Shown piece after piece: positions 14,031 to 26,985 of a stretch of DNA of 64,000 bases. Position 1 is the first letter of the stretch, and each line of letters starts with the position of its first letter. The position numbers and the translations under genes are program-made. The DNA comes from Camelus ferus (taxonomy: Eukaryota), in assembly GCF_009834535.1 (NCBI RefSeq), contig NC_045696.1, forward strand, positions 71,178,001 through 71,242,000. The letters are read 5' to 3'. The notes beneath the pieces were generated by a model. It did not search any database, had not been told where the DNA came from, and was given only the letters and a program-made list of their open reading frames with translations.

Positions 14031-14696
14031 TAAATCAATTAACTATTAAAAAAGGACATATTGAATTAAATAAAATTCAGCTTTATGTTGTTTATGTAAA
14101 ATACACCTAAAACAAAGTGACAAGGAAAGATGGAAAATAAGTACCCTGAAAGATGCACAAGAAAATGAGGAACTAGCTGGCTGGAAACAAAGATAGAAGA
14201 GAGACATGTTTTACTCTATTGTACCTTTTAATATTTGTACCTTGTATGTGTAATACTTTTCCAGAATTAATCAAGAATTAATAAAATAAATATGCAAAAA
14301 TATACCAGGCCAAAGCGAGTGGCAACATTATTATCATACAAATGGAAATCAAGTTCAAAACACACTGAACAGAATAGTGACATTATATAAGGATAATAAC
14401 CATACACTTTTATGCATCATATAGGGTAGCAGTCAAATATATAAAAGAAAAACTGCAACTACTCAGAGAACCTGATTAAAATACTTTAAGCTTTAACAGA
14501 TCAAGTAGACAAAAATAAGCTATGATACGGAGAATTTGAATAATCTAATCAATAAGCTCTATTTATTGATGTACATATAAATAGAGAATGTATACTTTTT
14601 AATGTTCTGGAACAGTTACAGAATCAATCATGTAAACAGCCAGAGAGAAACTTTGTAAATTCAAAAAGTTTTTGATTTAAAGATACCATGCTTGGT

Positions 14697-14815
14697 GGAG
14701 GTGTGGGTATAGCTCAGTGGTAGAGTGCATACTTAGCATGCACAAGGTCCTGGGTTCAATCCCCAGTACCTCCGTTAAGAACAAACAAACCAAACCAAAA
14801 CAAAAAACCAAATAA
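14697..14815 (+). mobile_element. tRNA-derived SINE (same family)
   Basis: gggtatagctcagtggtagag...ggttcaatccccag; flanking accatgct repeat. Confidence 0.82.
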
Positions 14816-15314
14816 AGACCATGCTCTCTGATGATAATCCAAGAAAATGGAAATTAAAAATGAAAAGATAACAAAGGGGACATAAAGACTGAAATTATGA
14901 ACTGTCTAGGAAGTAATAAAGAGGAGACTACTTCATTCTAAAACCTGTAGGGTGCAGCTCAAACTGTGTCAGAGTAGAAGTTATAGAAAGCCTGAGAATA
15001 TTTTGAGTATGCAACTTATAAAATAAGAAAAAGAATAAAATGAAATAAAATAAATTAGGAAAGTATTAAGATGAAATTAGTATAAGATAATGGAAAAGAT
15101 AAATAAGAGGATATATTAGTAATAAATGTCTTAAAAATGCTTAAGAGAGTTAAAACTTCTCAGGCAGGACAGTTGTCACATTGGACTTGAAGGTGACATC
15201 AAAGCTTTATCACAAGCAGAAGGACGCACAGGTGATATTTTGAAACTATCAGTCTTGGATTGTTAAGTTTCTACCCCACAACATGACAAGAGAGCCAGAG
15301 ATCTCTGCAAATGA

Positions 15315-15320
15315 TTTATT
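15315..15320 (-). terminator. Probable polyadenylation signal of HTR3E
   Basis: AATAAA on minus strand about 290 nt after the stop; same flanking context (tttattggg on +) as the signal downstream of gene C. Confidence 0.55.
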
Positions 15321-15606
15321 GGGACAAGTTAGCAGACAGAGGAGGTAGGACTGCTTGCAGAAGAGAAAAGGGGGGCCTAGAACTGCACGGGAGGGCTAAG
15401 AGAAGCCAACAGAATGCAGGAACAAGAGGAAAATGTCTCAAATTGGCTTGAGACTGATCAGCGGGGCTGGACTGAGATGCTTGGAATGTAGCAGGAAACT
15501 TGGTAATCTTTGAGGCCATGACCGTAGGTATTCAAGGGTAAAGGCTGGCCCCTGGAGGCAAGAAGCAGCTTTGGGCTGGATGTGCAGAAGCAGACACACA
15601 TCATGT

Positions 15607-15836
15607 TTAGGTGTTCCAGAGGACAATGACGGTGGTGATGGAGGTGGCCATGAAAAGCAGATAGAGGCGGAAGAGCAGGGTGTCCATCACGTGGCTGAAC
15701 TGCACCCACAGGCTGACCAAGTGCTGCTTCTGAGCCTTGTCTTCCTGCTGGGCCCTCGTTGACCCAGGGCATCCATTTAACTCTGCCTCTTTCAGACCTG
15801 GCACCTTCCCCACTGACTCCACGGGCTCCTTCACAC
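15607..15836 (-). CDS. HTR3E: HTR3E exon 9 (TM4, stop TAA)
   Basis: gcag|GVKEPVES...[26 protein letters not shown]; 230 nt. Confidence 0.93.
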
Positions 15837-18800
15837 CTGCAGAGAGACAGAGACTTGACTGTAGGCTGTCAAGGTCAGCTGGGCAGTTGTGGGGGACAGG
15901 AAATGAAGAGGGAGCAGAGAGGTGGAGATGCTGGAAGAGAGGTATGGGCAGTGCTGAGTCCCCTCACCAGGCAGGTGGGCGGGGCTCAGGCCCAGGCCGG
16001 TGTTTCCCTTCTGGGGCGCAGCAGGGCAGCACTTCTTTGGGCTGGTGCAGCACAGAAGCAGGGAATGGAGCCAGTGAGGCATGGGTGGGGGCTGGGTGGT
16101 GGCCAGATGCAGCAGGTAGGTGATGAAGATGGTCTCCAGCAGGCTGACCACCATCAGCGACAGACACAGGGCAAAGTAGACACCTGGAGGGAAGGCAGGC
16201 CTGTATGAGGGCCAGAGACACCTCCCAGGACTTCTTTCCTCCCTCCAATTCCACCCTGGGATGCACAAAGCCTCTTTTCCTCAGTATATCTTCCTTCCCT
16301 GAACTAGTTCAGTCAGTCCTTCCCACTCTCCTCTTCTTAAAGGCTGGAGGGGCCATACTGATAAGGGGGGTGCCACTGATGGGGAGTAAGTCATTCATCA
16401 TGAGCAGGAAGACATTGTAGCCCAGCAGAAGGGTAATCTTGAATGGGGCACGGTTCTCGCTTTCTGCCGGCAGGAAGAAGCTGAGGGCATCAATGGCAAC
16501 CAGAAAGCCACTGGGTACCAGAAGGTTGATGACATAGAGTCTGGGACTGCGCCTGATGGCCACCTGGTGGGGAGAAAAGAGAGGGAAGTGAATTCGGGAT
16601 TTGGAGGCTGCCTGGGATAGTAGTTTTTGTTTCTGTTTCTGCTTTCCTCACTGGTCTGATACACTCTGAATCTGGAGCTGTGCAGAATCAGCTTCATAAT
16701 TTGGTGTAGAACCTGCCAAAGGAGAGTTAGATCAAAGCCATGAGTTTTAGGAAGGAGTGTGTGGCTGGGCAGCAAGGAGAGAGGGTTCTGGCCTTTGGCA
16801 GACATGATAAGACTGAGAAACCCTGAAATTTGGGAGATACCATTTGGTGGCGATTGTAGGCAAGTCTAGAAGCAAGGAAGAAAGGTGAAAGCAAGGGCCT
16901 CTGAGCTCACATAGAAGATGATCTGATCATACAGATTGGTGCCCATGGACAGCTTTGCAGTGGCCTTGCTGATACTCAGGAGCTCCCATTCTCCATGGGT
17001 CTGAATGATGTTCCGGGACGTGTCTGCTATTTCCCACACTTCCTTCTCCATGCCCAGCAACATGCTCTCCACTGAAAGGGAAATACCAGTCATTTTCCAA
17101 GGATACAGTCTCTTGTTGACTCAACTACACTCTCCTTTTCCATCCTTTCATTCAACAAATATTTTTGGGTGCCTACTGTATGCTGAGAGCTTTGCTAGGA
17201 GCTGGGGATAGAAATGCACAAGATAGACTTGGGTTCTGCCTTTATGGAAAATATTTAAGCATCCATAGAGCCTTAGTCTTTGCTGCCCTTGGCCACCATT
17301 TACTCATAGTTTCTTTACATTTTATTTTCTGTTGTTTTATTGGTTGCTCTCATTCACCCCCATCCCTGAGACTCTACTGCAACTCACCTGTATAGAGAAA
17401 TGAGCTGAAGGTTAGGGTGCAGTTCTGCTGGTCAAAGGGGAAGTAGAAGATGTCCAGTTCACAGATGCTGGTCACCTTCATGGGTTTCTTGTACCTGATG
17501 CGACCTTCATTATTTATGTATGCCTTGAGGCCTTTTGGGGTCTTATCCACATCCATGCTGTAAGAGAGATGAAGTGGGAGGCAGGAGCAATGTTTTTTCA
17601 TCTTATCTGTCTGTTCGTTTCTCAGCCACATAAAACCACTTATAAAGTGGCCCCAATGGTAGATTTTGAACTCTGCTGTTGCCAGGAGATGGCCCCCACC
17701 CCCAGCTCCCCCAGTCCTTAATACGTACAACTCAGTGATGAAAATGTCTGGGAGCCACAGGTTCTTGGTTGCCACACTGATCTTTGTGATACCCTCACAT
17801 TCCTCTGGGTTCCATCTGATAAATGGGTTGTCCCAGACCTAGAGCCCACGTGGAGGAGAGGTGAGAGTCTGATGTGAATGGAGGTTATTTTTCTCTGCCT
17901 TTTTATTTTTCTTAAAAAAGAGAGGTTATAAAATATTTCAAGTACATAGAAAAGTATATAAAATAATATAACATCTGTCTACTACCCAACTTCGTAGAGT
18001 TAGTATTCTGATAAATATACTTTGGTTTTTTTCAAGAAGTAGGAATTACACAGAGAATTGAAGCTCCTTGTGTCCATTTCTTCATAAACTTTGATCCCTC
18101 TGCTTTCCCACTTTTGTGGGAAATTACTGGTTATCAGGGAAATACTCTCCTTTCTTTAGGAGGAATCAGATTCAGAGAGGCTGAGCTAGAATTTCTTTAG
18201 TGTGAAATAAGGAGGATAGTAGTGAGTATCAAATGAAATAAGGCATGTAAAAAGATTTTGTGGACTGTAATGCTGTCCACAAAAGTAGGTTATGTGTTAG
18301 TCTCTATCATGGTTCAGCTGTCTTCCAGACTCCATTTACCACTCTCTACTGCAAGGACGTCTTGAACAAGCCCTTGGTTTTTTTGAAGCCAAGAGACTTA
18401 GTGGTCTTCCTCTCCTTGGCAGGTGCCACACACTGTCCTTTCCAAGCTCTCCATTCCAAGGCTGGTAACGTTTTCTGGAAACTACTTTCAAGGATTTTCC
18501 AAGTCTGTGGTGTCGGGGTCAGGGTGGGAGGTGGAGAGGACCTGTCCAGCCTCTGGGCACTTACAGTGTCAGCAGCTGCAGTTTACAGAACCACAGGCAG
18601 AACAGAGGCACATTAAATAAAAATTTGTACTAGATCAGCACTTCTCAAACCTCACTTTGCATTCAAAACACCCGGGGATTGTATTGAAATGCAGATTCTG
18701 ATGTAGGGTGGCTAACCCATCCTGGTTTGCCTGAAACTTTCTTGGATTTAGCAAAGTTCCATGGCCTGAGAATTCCTCAGTCTTGGGCATGCTGGGATGG

Positions 18801-21800
18801 TTGGTCATGCTAGGTGGGGTCCAAGATAGAGTGCTTTTCTAAGCTTCCAGGGGGTGCAATCAGCTGTCCATCTGGGAATCACACTTTGAGAGCAAGGTTA
18901 AATGGTCATTACTGTGCTTCCCCTCCTCTTCCTTCCTTCAACCAGGCTTTTCAAGTTGGAAGCTTAATTCATTTGCTTTTATTCCCCTTCTCATTTTCTA
19001 ATTAACAAACTTAAGATAGAAATTATCTTTCTTTGGCTACATTCCATAGATTTTTATATGTAGTGCTCATCATTCTAATTTCAACTTAATTGTTTTATTT
19101 TCTCTTTTGTCCAACATATTTAGAAGTTTAATTTAAAATTTCTAAGGAATGTGGATTTGGGGGTGGGTGGGGACTATCTTCTTTATTTAGTTTCTATTTT
19201 CTTGCACTGTAGTCAGAGATTGTGGTCTAGGTACTTTTTGCTTTCTTGACTTTGTTGAGCTCTTCTTTGTGGCCAAAAGTATGGTCAGTTTGGGGGAATA
19301 TTCCATTTGTTTCAGAAACGATTACACATGTTCACTGGTACAAAGTTTGATATGTTTATTAAATCAAGTTTTTAAAAAATCACTATATGTTTCTTCTTCT
19401 TCTACTTGATTTTTGAAAGTGGTTTATTGATGCCTTTCACCATGATTGTGGATTTTAAAATTTTTCCCTCATGTGTTTCAAAGCTATGTAGTTAAGTACA
19501 TAAAGGGTCATAATTGTTATATCTTTGTTTAAAATTCGTTCGACTGTAAATGAAAGGAGAGAATAAATAGTGTTGGCCTTACCATTTCCAGCCACAGGAA
19601 TGATGACAAGAGCTGTAACTGTTCATCCTGCCAAAAGAATTTCCTGTTTCCAGCATGTTGCTGGTAAGACGTCTGTCCATCCTGCCCACTCCCCAGTTTT
19701 GTTTGTCAGCCCTCGAGGTTTATAGAAGTGGTGCGGTGATCAAGACCAACATTATAGGTCAAGGACAAAATCTTGATCAGAACGGATGTGTTAGGCCATG
19801 GTCAGGAGAGTTTATGCAGGACTGAATTAGAGTAGTGCTTCTCAACCCTGGCTTTATCTTAGAATCACTTGAGGAACTTAAAAATACTGATGCATGGATT
19901 CCAGTCAGTTAGAACCTCTAGAAGTGGAGCCTGGACACTGGTATACAGCCAGGGTAGAGAGTCACTGGGTGAGAAGAAAAGAAATTCTCTTCCTTACGCT
20001 ATTATACCTCATCCCGCTGAACTGGACAGAGCTTCTTTGAGATACCCATGGGGCAAATGCCATATAGCAATGATGGAGGAAGCTGTAGTATGGTAAGGGC
20101 TTTGGGGGTTGCCTTACTAGGGTCCAGGTAAAAATTAAGGACACTGAGGAGGGCTATAGGGGTCAGTACTCACCACATCTAGGACGGCAGACATAGTGAA
20201 GGAGATGTTGACTAGGGTGGGGATGCTGAAGTTGGTGGCTGGACGGAAGGCCTTCCTGTCAAACACTGAATCCAGAACAGTGGTGTACACCCCTTGCTGG
20301 CCAAATCTTGAGCAGTTGATGGTGAAAGCACTGCCTCTTCCTGTAGAGGACACAGGATGTATGAGAATTGGGAGAGAACTCCTGTGTTCCCTAAATGAGA
20401 GGGGTCCCAGGGCAGGAGCCTGGGGGTAGCCCATGATAGGAAGGATAACTAACATTTATTGAACACTGACAATGTGCCAGGTGTAGTCTAAGCCCTTTTA
20501 ATGGATTATCTCATTTATGCCTCCCAAGCTCCTATCAGGTGGAAACAATTTTTATCCTCATCTAATAAATGAGTTAACTGAGGTGCAATAAGAGAAAGTA
20601 AATTCCCAAGATCGAGTAGATAATAAAAGGCAGAAACTGGACTTAATCTGAGCCCATGTTTGTCTGATGCTGCTGTCCCACACACCACCAGTGATGAGGT
20701 GGAGAATAGGGAAGGAGGATTACTGAGATCCACATGCTGGGTGCTTCCCACCAAGACCAGTGAGGGTGGGTTGGGCCAGAAAGCAAATGATAGAAGCTAA
20801 TGTGGTAAGCTGAGTTAGGGCTCCAGCTGCCTTTCTCAAGTTTCTTTCTCCATGCAAAGCATGCCCAAATCTATATGCAAACTGAGCCCTGGGGCAGTGA
20901 TAGCCATCAGATAGGATTACATTCCTGAGGTCCCAAAGAGAACACAACTACTTTACTTTAGCTGCTTCAACCTTCCCTCTCCCTATTTTACCATTCAACC
21001 CCATATCAGCTTTCTAGTTTGAGCTTTTGAGGTGTTGCCTTCCCCTTTCTTCTGACTAATAAAGATTCCAATTTTCTACTGGTGGAAATTCATTAGAGGA
21101 GTAACAGCCTGGAAGGAGAGAGATGGCTGATGACCTCTGTGCCAAGGACATCAAGGCTTTTTCATGCACAAAGTCATAGTACTCTCAGGCAAATCCTTGA
21201 ATCATTCTGTCAGCAATGAATGTTCACTTGTCAGTCACTCTCTGTGAGTGAACAGAGGAGCATTTATAGTGTTTTGTATAGCCTAGACCAGTGGTGCTGG
21301 CCTCTAAAGCCACCTCTGGTTCAGTCCTCTCTGCATTTAATCCTCCCAAGCCCCTCTGAGTTAGAAACTATATTTTAAATCCCACCCCCTCACCTCCTCG
21401 CCATATCCAGAAGTCACGTGATAGCCTAAGGCGATGAGGTGACATTTATTGACACCTGTCAAATGCCACGTACTGTGTTGTCTCTGTCAGTGAATCCTCA
21501 CAACCCTCCCAGGCAGGTCCTATTTTACAGGTGAGGAAATGAGCTCTGAGAAGTCAAGTAAGTTGCCCAAGGTTACACAACTAGCAAAGTGAGGAACCAA
21601 GATTCAAACCCAAATCTTTCTGTCTTTAAATCCCATCCCCCCCCCCCCACTATTCCATGTTAACTCCCTGGAAGAGAAGCACATTCCAGTTTTACTCTCA
21701 CCTGCTGTTCTCTGGCATCTTATCTAACCTAGAGCCCTTGGAGCTAGTAGGTGAGTGGGAAAGTGATAGCTAAAAGTGGGCACTTCGCTGCAATGGGGTG

Positions 21801-22180
21801 GGTTTCATAGCTGTAGAGATAAAGTTATACCTGTGTGTAGAAAGATGAATGGACATGGAGCCTAAATGGAAGAGAAGACAGTTGTAGATGGTTCATGAAA
21901 GAAAAAGTAAAAGTGTTCTCATGTGGCACGTCACTGGGAGGGGATTTTCTATCTTTCAGAGAAGGAGAGTCGATTTGGGCATTATAGCAACATAGTTATG
22001 AAATAACTATGCCCATCTTAGATAAGCTCTAGGAGTTGGAAATTTGAAAGCAGTTCCTAGGTGTTCTGCAAGAGAGGGTCCTGGCTTCTTTCCATGTTGT
22101 TGCCCTTTCTTACCTGGAAGCAGAAGACTGAGAACAAGGAAAAAGGGGAATCTCTCCCTGTGGAACCAGCTTCCTTCCAT
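15607..22180 (-). CDS. HTR3E: 5-hydroxytryptamine receptor 3E-like subunit, intact 9-exon gene, 456 aa
   Basis: Exons (minus): 22114-22180, 20174-20340, 19583-19627, 17729-17838, 17388-17557, 16911-17071, 16359-16563, 15968-16183, 15607-15836. All introns GT-AG, phases consistent, total 1371 nt. N-terminus [23 protein letters not shown] resembles human HTR3E ([11 protein letters not shown]...). Cys-loop [15 protein letters not shown], four TM segments, C-terminus ...LWNT. Confidence 0.9.
15968..16183 (-). CDS. HTR3E: HTR3E exon 8 (TM3 and loop)
   Basis: [21 protein letters not shown]...SPAHLP; 216 nt. Confidence 0.93.
16359..16563 (-). CDS. HTR3E: HTR3E exon 7 (TM1-TM2)
   Basis: [17 protein letters not shown]...[16 protein letters not shown]...TPLI; 205 nt. 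Confidence 0.93.
16911..17071 (-). CDS. HTR3E: HTR3E exon 6
   Basis: [15 protein letters not shown]...GEWELL...LYDQIIFY|gtgag; 161 nt. Confidence 0.92.
17388..17557 (-). CDS. HTR3E: HTR3E exon 5 (Cys-loop)
   Basis: [10 protein letters not shown]...[27 protein letters not shown]; 170 nt; AG/GT intact. Confidence 0.93.
17729..17838 (-). CDS. HTR3E: HTR3E exon 4
   Basis: ctag|[36 protein letters not shown]|gtacg; 110 nt. Confidence 0.92.
18636..18900. mobile_element. MER5A-like element interrupted by a MER81-like MITE (about 18704-18812)
   Basis: aaatgcagattctgat...cactttgag flanks; inner tagggtggctaacccatcctgg...ggatggttggtcatgcta imperfect inverted ends. Confidence 0.65.
19583..19627 (-). 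CDS. HTR3E: HTR3E exon 3
   Basis: ggcag|[15 protein letters not shown]|gtaag; 45 nt. Confidence 0.9.
20174..20340 (-). CDS. HTR3E: HTR3E exon 2
   Basis: ctacag|GA AGA GGC...; [15 protein letters not shown]...SAVLDV|gtgag; 167 nt. Confidence 0.92.
20445..20680 (-). mobile_element. MIR SINE in HTR3E intron 1
   Basis: Minus strand ends ...cctggcacattgtcagtgttcaataaatgttag (MIR 3' end); core-like atgagttaactgagg. Confidence 0.75.
22114..22180 (-). CDS. HTR3E: HTR3E exon 1 (signal peptide)
   Basis: ATG GAA GGA AGC TGG TTC CAC ... CCA G|gtaag; 67 nt. Confidence 0.88.
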
Positions 22181-22589
22181 CGTCTTTGTCTAAATTCTCC
22201 TCTGAGCATGAACTAGGACTCAAGAATCCCCAGATTAAAATAGCACAGGCCACACCTAGAATCTGACTTTGAATACTGACAGCATTGGCTGACCACTGAC
22301 ATTTGTGACCTTCCTGAAAGGAGAGTTCTGGTTGTCTTGTTCTTGCCCACGCTCGAGGTGCGGTTTGCTTGTAAGACTTTCTCAGATGTTTCACTGCAAT
22401 GTGTTATGGTTGTGGATTAGTTGATGTTTATTATATTTGGATCTTGGTGTGATTTCTCAATCTGAAGATTCATCTCTTTAATTCTGGACCATTCTCAGTC
22501 ATTACAAAATACTGTATTTCCTCTGTTCTTTCTCTTACTAGACATACGTGGGATCATTACCTTCTATGGTAACATGCCTCTTAACATCC

Positions 22590-23070
22590 TGTATTAGTTT
22601 CCTATTACTGTTGTAATAAGTCACAGACTTACTGGCTTAAACCTCCCCAAATTTATTATTTTATGGTTCTATAGGCCAGAAGTCTGAGATGGGCTAAAGT
22701 CAATATTTTGACAGGTCTGCATTCCTTCTGGAGGCTCGAGAAGCAAATCCATTTCCTTGTCTTTTCCAGGTTTTTGAGGCTGCTGGTATTCTCAGTGCAT
22801 GGTTCCATTTCTCTGTCTTTCGAACCAGCAGCATTGGACCATCTCATTTTAATGCTCTTCTCTCCCCTCTTTCACTTATAAGAACCCTTGTGATTACACT
22901 GGTCTACCTAGATGATCCAGGCTAATCGCCTCATCTCAAGGTCAGTTGATAGCAACTTTAGTTCTATCTGCAGTCTTAATTCCCCCTTTTCCATTTAGAC
23001 TAACGTATTCATAGGTTCTAGAGATTAGGATGTGGATCTCTTTGGGGGACCATTATTTTGCCTACCATAC
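22590..23070. mobile_element. MaLR LTR (MLT1-like) just upstream of HTR3E exon 1
   Basis: tgtattagtttcct...ggccagaagtctgagat...cattattttgcctaccat. Confidence 0.75.
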
Positions 23071-23952
23071 CTCTCCTATTTCCTACTGCTTTACCTATGT
23101 CTCTGGTGATTTCCTCAGATCTAGCTTCTAGGTAGCAAATTTTCTTGTCAATGGTGTTTAAACTACCATCTAATTTGTTTACTGAATTTTTAATTTCAGT
23201 GATGATAGCTTTCTTTCATTTGAGTCTTTCTTTCTACTGCTCTGTTCTTTCATCTTGGTTTTCAATCTTTCTTTAATCTTTCCTTATTTAGAACTGTTAA
23301 AAAAAAAACCAAAACAGAGGCCACAGTTTGAATATACCTGTAGACCAAACACTCATAGTCATGTAACCAAAATTCAAAACTGTCCTAACTTCTCTGAAAT
23401 GTGACTTTGATCTTAAACAAAAGTTAATCTTTCTTCATGTCAGTGTGACATTACAGCTTCCTAGCTAATCAGCTATGAACACTGCAAGCTTATTCAGTGA
23501 AAAAGAATGTAAGTTTCTAGCAACCAATCACAATGGAAAATAATACCATTACCTATTCATGCTTTGTAAACCTAGTTGTAACTGCTGAGGGCTTAGCTTC
23601 CTAACCACTTTTGCTTGGAAGTCTCCTTATTCACAAAAAGTTTGTTTCTTGCCCAATAAAATAGTCACGTCAAGTAAAGATCTCTAATTTTCTTTTAATG
23701 GAACACATTTATTTTACAATTTCAGGTTGTTTTATTACATCTGGTTCTTGATATGCTAACTGTTTTGCTAACTTTGTCTCATTGTGGTATGTTTCCTCAT
23801 GTGATTTGTAATGCTTGATTGTAAACTTATCTTCATTACGAGATTATTTCAGTGGGAGTTTCATGTGCCTTGGGTTGTGAAGTTTCCCTACAGAGAAAAT
23901 TTTCATTTGCCTCTGTCATGGCCTTTGGGGTTTTGCCAGGTCTAGGCCATTT

Positions 23953-23989
<37 letters not shown>
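23953..23989. repeat. (TG)n microsatellite
   Basis: TG run. Confidence 0.9.
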
Positions 23990-23992
<3 letters not shown>

Positions 23993-25390
23993 TTTTAATA
24001 ATCCTGCATCATATGATTAATGTAAATTCAGACTCCACACCAATATGTGAAACAAGTTTGATGTTTCAATTCCTTTCATATGACTTTTTCTCCCCACCTC
24101 TGGCCCCAAGTCTTTGGCTGCATTTTAGATTCTCAGTTTGGGGGAGTAGTGGATGGCATGTTGGAAAACCCAGAGCTGGTGTGTTAAGAATATGTAGATT
24201 ATGACCTGCTGAATAAGGAGGCCCAAACCACTCACATTTCCTTTGCATCCAAGCTCCCACTTTAGAGAAATGAAAGCCCCTGGGGCCATTTTGATTGAAG
24301 TACTGGTTTCAATACACTCACACAAAGAAAGTAAGGTGACAAGGTTTACTACTTACAAATCCCAGAACAGGAGTTTCGATGAGCTGGGGGAAGGGCAGTC
24401 CTCTTTCCCAGGTCACCAGAGCAGGAGATAAGAGCAGGGTAGCAAGCATCTATTACTTATAAGATGGTTGGAGCAGAAGTCACTAATTTTTCATAGGCTC
24501 AACTCTGAGTGGTCATTTTAAGAGGTGCCTGAGTAAAAGCAAGGTGAGAATCCTAAGCTTGGGTCTTTATCTAAATGTCCAGAGTGGATGTGAGGAGGGT
24601 TGTCATACTGTAAGATGCTTAGGCAGCAACTCAAAATGACTATTTTCTCATCACAGATGGCCAGCTCAGACACATATCAGTCCGTAGTCTGGTTGCTAAT
24701 GATGTCTGCAGATGTATGAAAAAAAATCTCTTTTTAGGAAAAAAAAAATGAGAATCTGTGTCTTTTGGTAACTTTGAGGTTATCAATTATAATCTTTCAG
24801 CCAATGTAGTTTTTTCCTATATATCTTTGATCAAATGGTCATCCAACCTTGTGTTGTTTAATATTAATACTTCCAGTGACACTGCTCATTACTTCTTAGA
24901 TTATCCTATTTTATCTTTGAACAAAATCTCTGGTTATTTGAAGGTTTTCTTAAATCCAAATTTGCATTCTTGTAACTTATACCACTGGTATAATTTTTGC
25001 CTAGTAGAGAATAAAGAATTAGTTAATTCTATTTTCTGCATTGTGCCTTTCAACTATTTCGAGACAATTATGTGTAATGGAGAAATGTCTGAAAACATTA
25101 AACTTATGAAATTTTCAGTCCTCACTGTTCCTTCCCAATACAAATGTATGTATCTTCCTGTGGTCCCAAACGTCATTCCCTCTGTAACTCCTTCCGCTAT
25201 TATAGACCTAGGGGAGGGCAAATACTACTCCCAGAAGAACATGACTTGTGGAAAATCTCTGCTGCGGTAGAACAGGGACTAAACCCTGCTCCGTCTGGCC
25301 TGATGGAATAAAGGAGAGAAGAGAAAAAGGGAGAGAAGCCCCCTCCCAATACACAGACACACACACACTTTGGTTCTCTGTGCTGAAATC

Positions 25391-25394
<4 letters not shown>

Positions 25395-25437
<43 letters not shown>
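25395..25437. repeat. (TG)n microsatellite
   Basis: About 21 TG units. Confidence 0.95.
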
Positions 25438-25439
<2 letters not shown>

Positions 25440-26231
25440 TGGGAGGGGGCTTGATAGGCTGAGAGAGAAGACAAAAGCAGAGGGGGCTGCTTGACTCATC
25501 TGGGATCCTGGAAAGGGACTGCCATTCCTTGTGGCCCCAAAATGACACATGAAAGCTGTTGGAATACAGAATGGTTAGGCAGAGAGAGCACCTGGGTTTC
25601 TGCTCTTGCACCTCCCTCTGTCCCTAGGAGGGCACCAGAAATTTCTCTGTGCCCTGCATGGAAGGTGGGAGAAGAGCTCACATGGAGCCAGAAATAGACA
25701 AAGGCCAGATGGAGGCCCTGGGTGAGGCCCAGAGGGGTCTGCAGTGGCAGTGATTGCTACGATGGATTCCCAGCTTCTAGGTAGGTAAGGCCATTTTCTG
25801 CCAGACCCAGGAATCTTAGCGTATCTTGTGGTCTTCGGGAAGAAAGGAATTCACCCAATGGGTACCACAGGTGAAATCTGTGGTGAGTTCTTGGTGCAAC
25901 TACCTAGCCTCAAGTGGCTTTTAAGAGTCAAGTTTGAGTTTTTTGAAAACATACCATAAAGCACACTTAAGAAGGCCTGAATGGCAAATTACCACTCTTT
26001 TTGCACCAATGTAAATAAATAGTGAAGCAAATGTTATGAGACCAGTCTTATTTTGTGATCAAGAATAATTTTCCTTTGAGATTATTTTTGATCAAAAGGG
26101 AGGAGATTATAAAAAAAACTGCTTCAGTGAGAAACTATGCATTGTTTGGAGTAACTATTCCCAGTTATCTGATTCTAGCCCTGTTCATTGCCTTTAAATA
26201 ATTCTGAAGCTCTTTTTAAATTACAGGTAAC

Positions 26232-26815
26232 TGAGGAATATTATCAAAGACAAAAATCAAACAATTAAGAAGATTGATTTTATTCCAGCTACTGTAATAG
26301 GAAGATCATCCAGATCTGTGGATCAGAGTACCTCGGCAAGGTGGTTTCGCCTTAGACTTTTTATAGGGAGAAGTAGACAAATAATAGGTGGAATGATTTA
26401 TAGCCGGGATTGTTTTTTAATCAAGGGACGTCTTAGTCAGTTGAATAGGAAACGTTTACTTCCGTGTCTAGCTAGTTTCAGGGGATAAACAGTGCTAATC
26501 TCAGTTAATCATTCATGTGACAAAGAGCTGGTGGTTGGAGGCTCTGTGCCTGGCCTTGTCGACTGGGCTCAGGCAAAAGGGGAAAAGTTTGTGTTTGGCC
26601 TTGTCACAGGTAAACAAAGGAGTTGTGAGAAAGAGTGGATAGTGAGTCTTCGCTAAGTCACATGGGGAAGGCTGGTTCATTGCAGTCAGCCATTTCCTGG
26701 AACACAAAAAGGTGGTGGTGGAGGGTTTCTGAAAGCAAAAGATTTGCAGGGGGGGGGAAAGCTTCTTAACCATTGTTGTTTTCTGGGAACACAGGGCCCA
26801 GGTAAAGTTCAACAC
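26232..26815. mobile_element. ERV LTR-like segment
   Basis: tg...ca bounded, LTR-like composition; no clear TSD. Confidence 0.45.
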
Positions 26816-26985
26816 TGTCAAAATTCAAACTCTGTCTCATCCTATAGAGCTCTGGTGGACTTCTCTCTGTCCTGTGGAAAAATTGCCTTTATTTGCAATT
26901 CAGTATCTTTTCTTCATGTAAATTTGAACCAGTTATAACATCTGCCTGGTTCTCTCATATTGTGTGAGTTCAATCAATTTTTTAA

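Larger units (their letters stand above)
12540..15130 (+). mobile_element. Highly decayed LINE-1 ORF1/ORF2 remnants with two SINE insertions
   Basis: A-rich L1-like segments (gacagatcaagtagacaaaa-like, aaaacctgtagggtgcagc). Confidence 0.6.

Noticed and set aside
24758..25270. 170-aa plus-strand ORF
   Set aside because: GTG start, no recognisable domain, AT-rich; the reverse strand resembles an L3/CR1 3' end.
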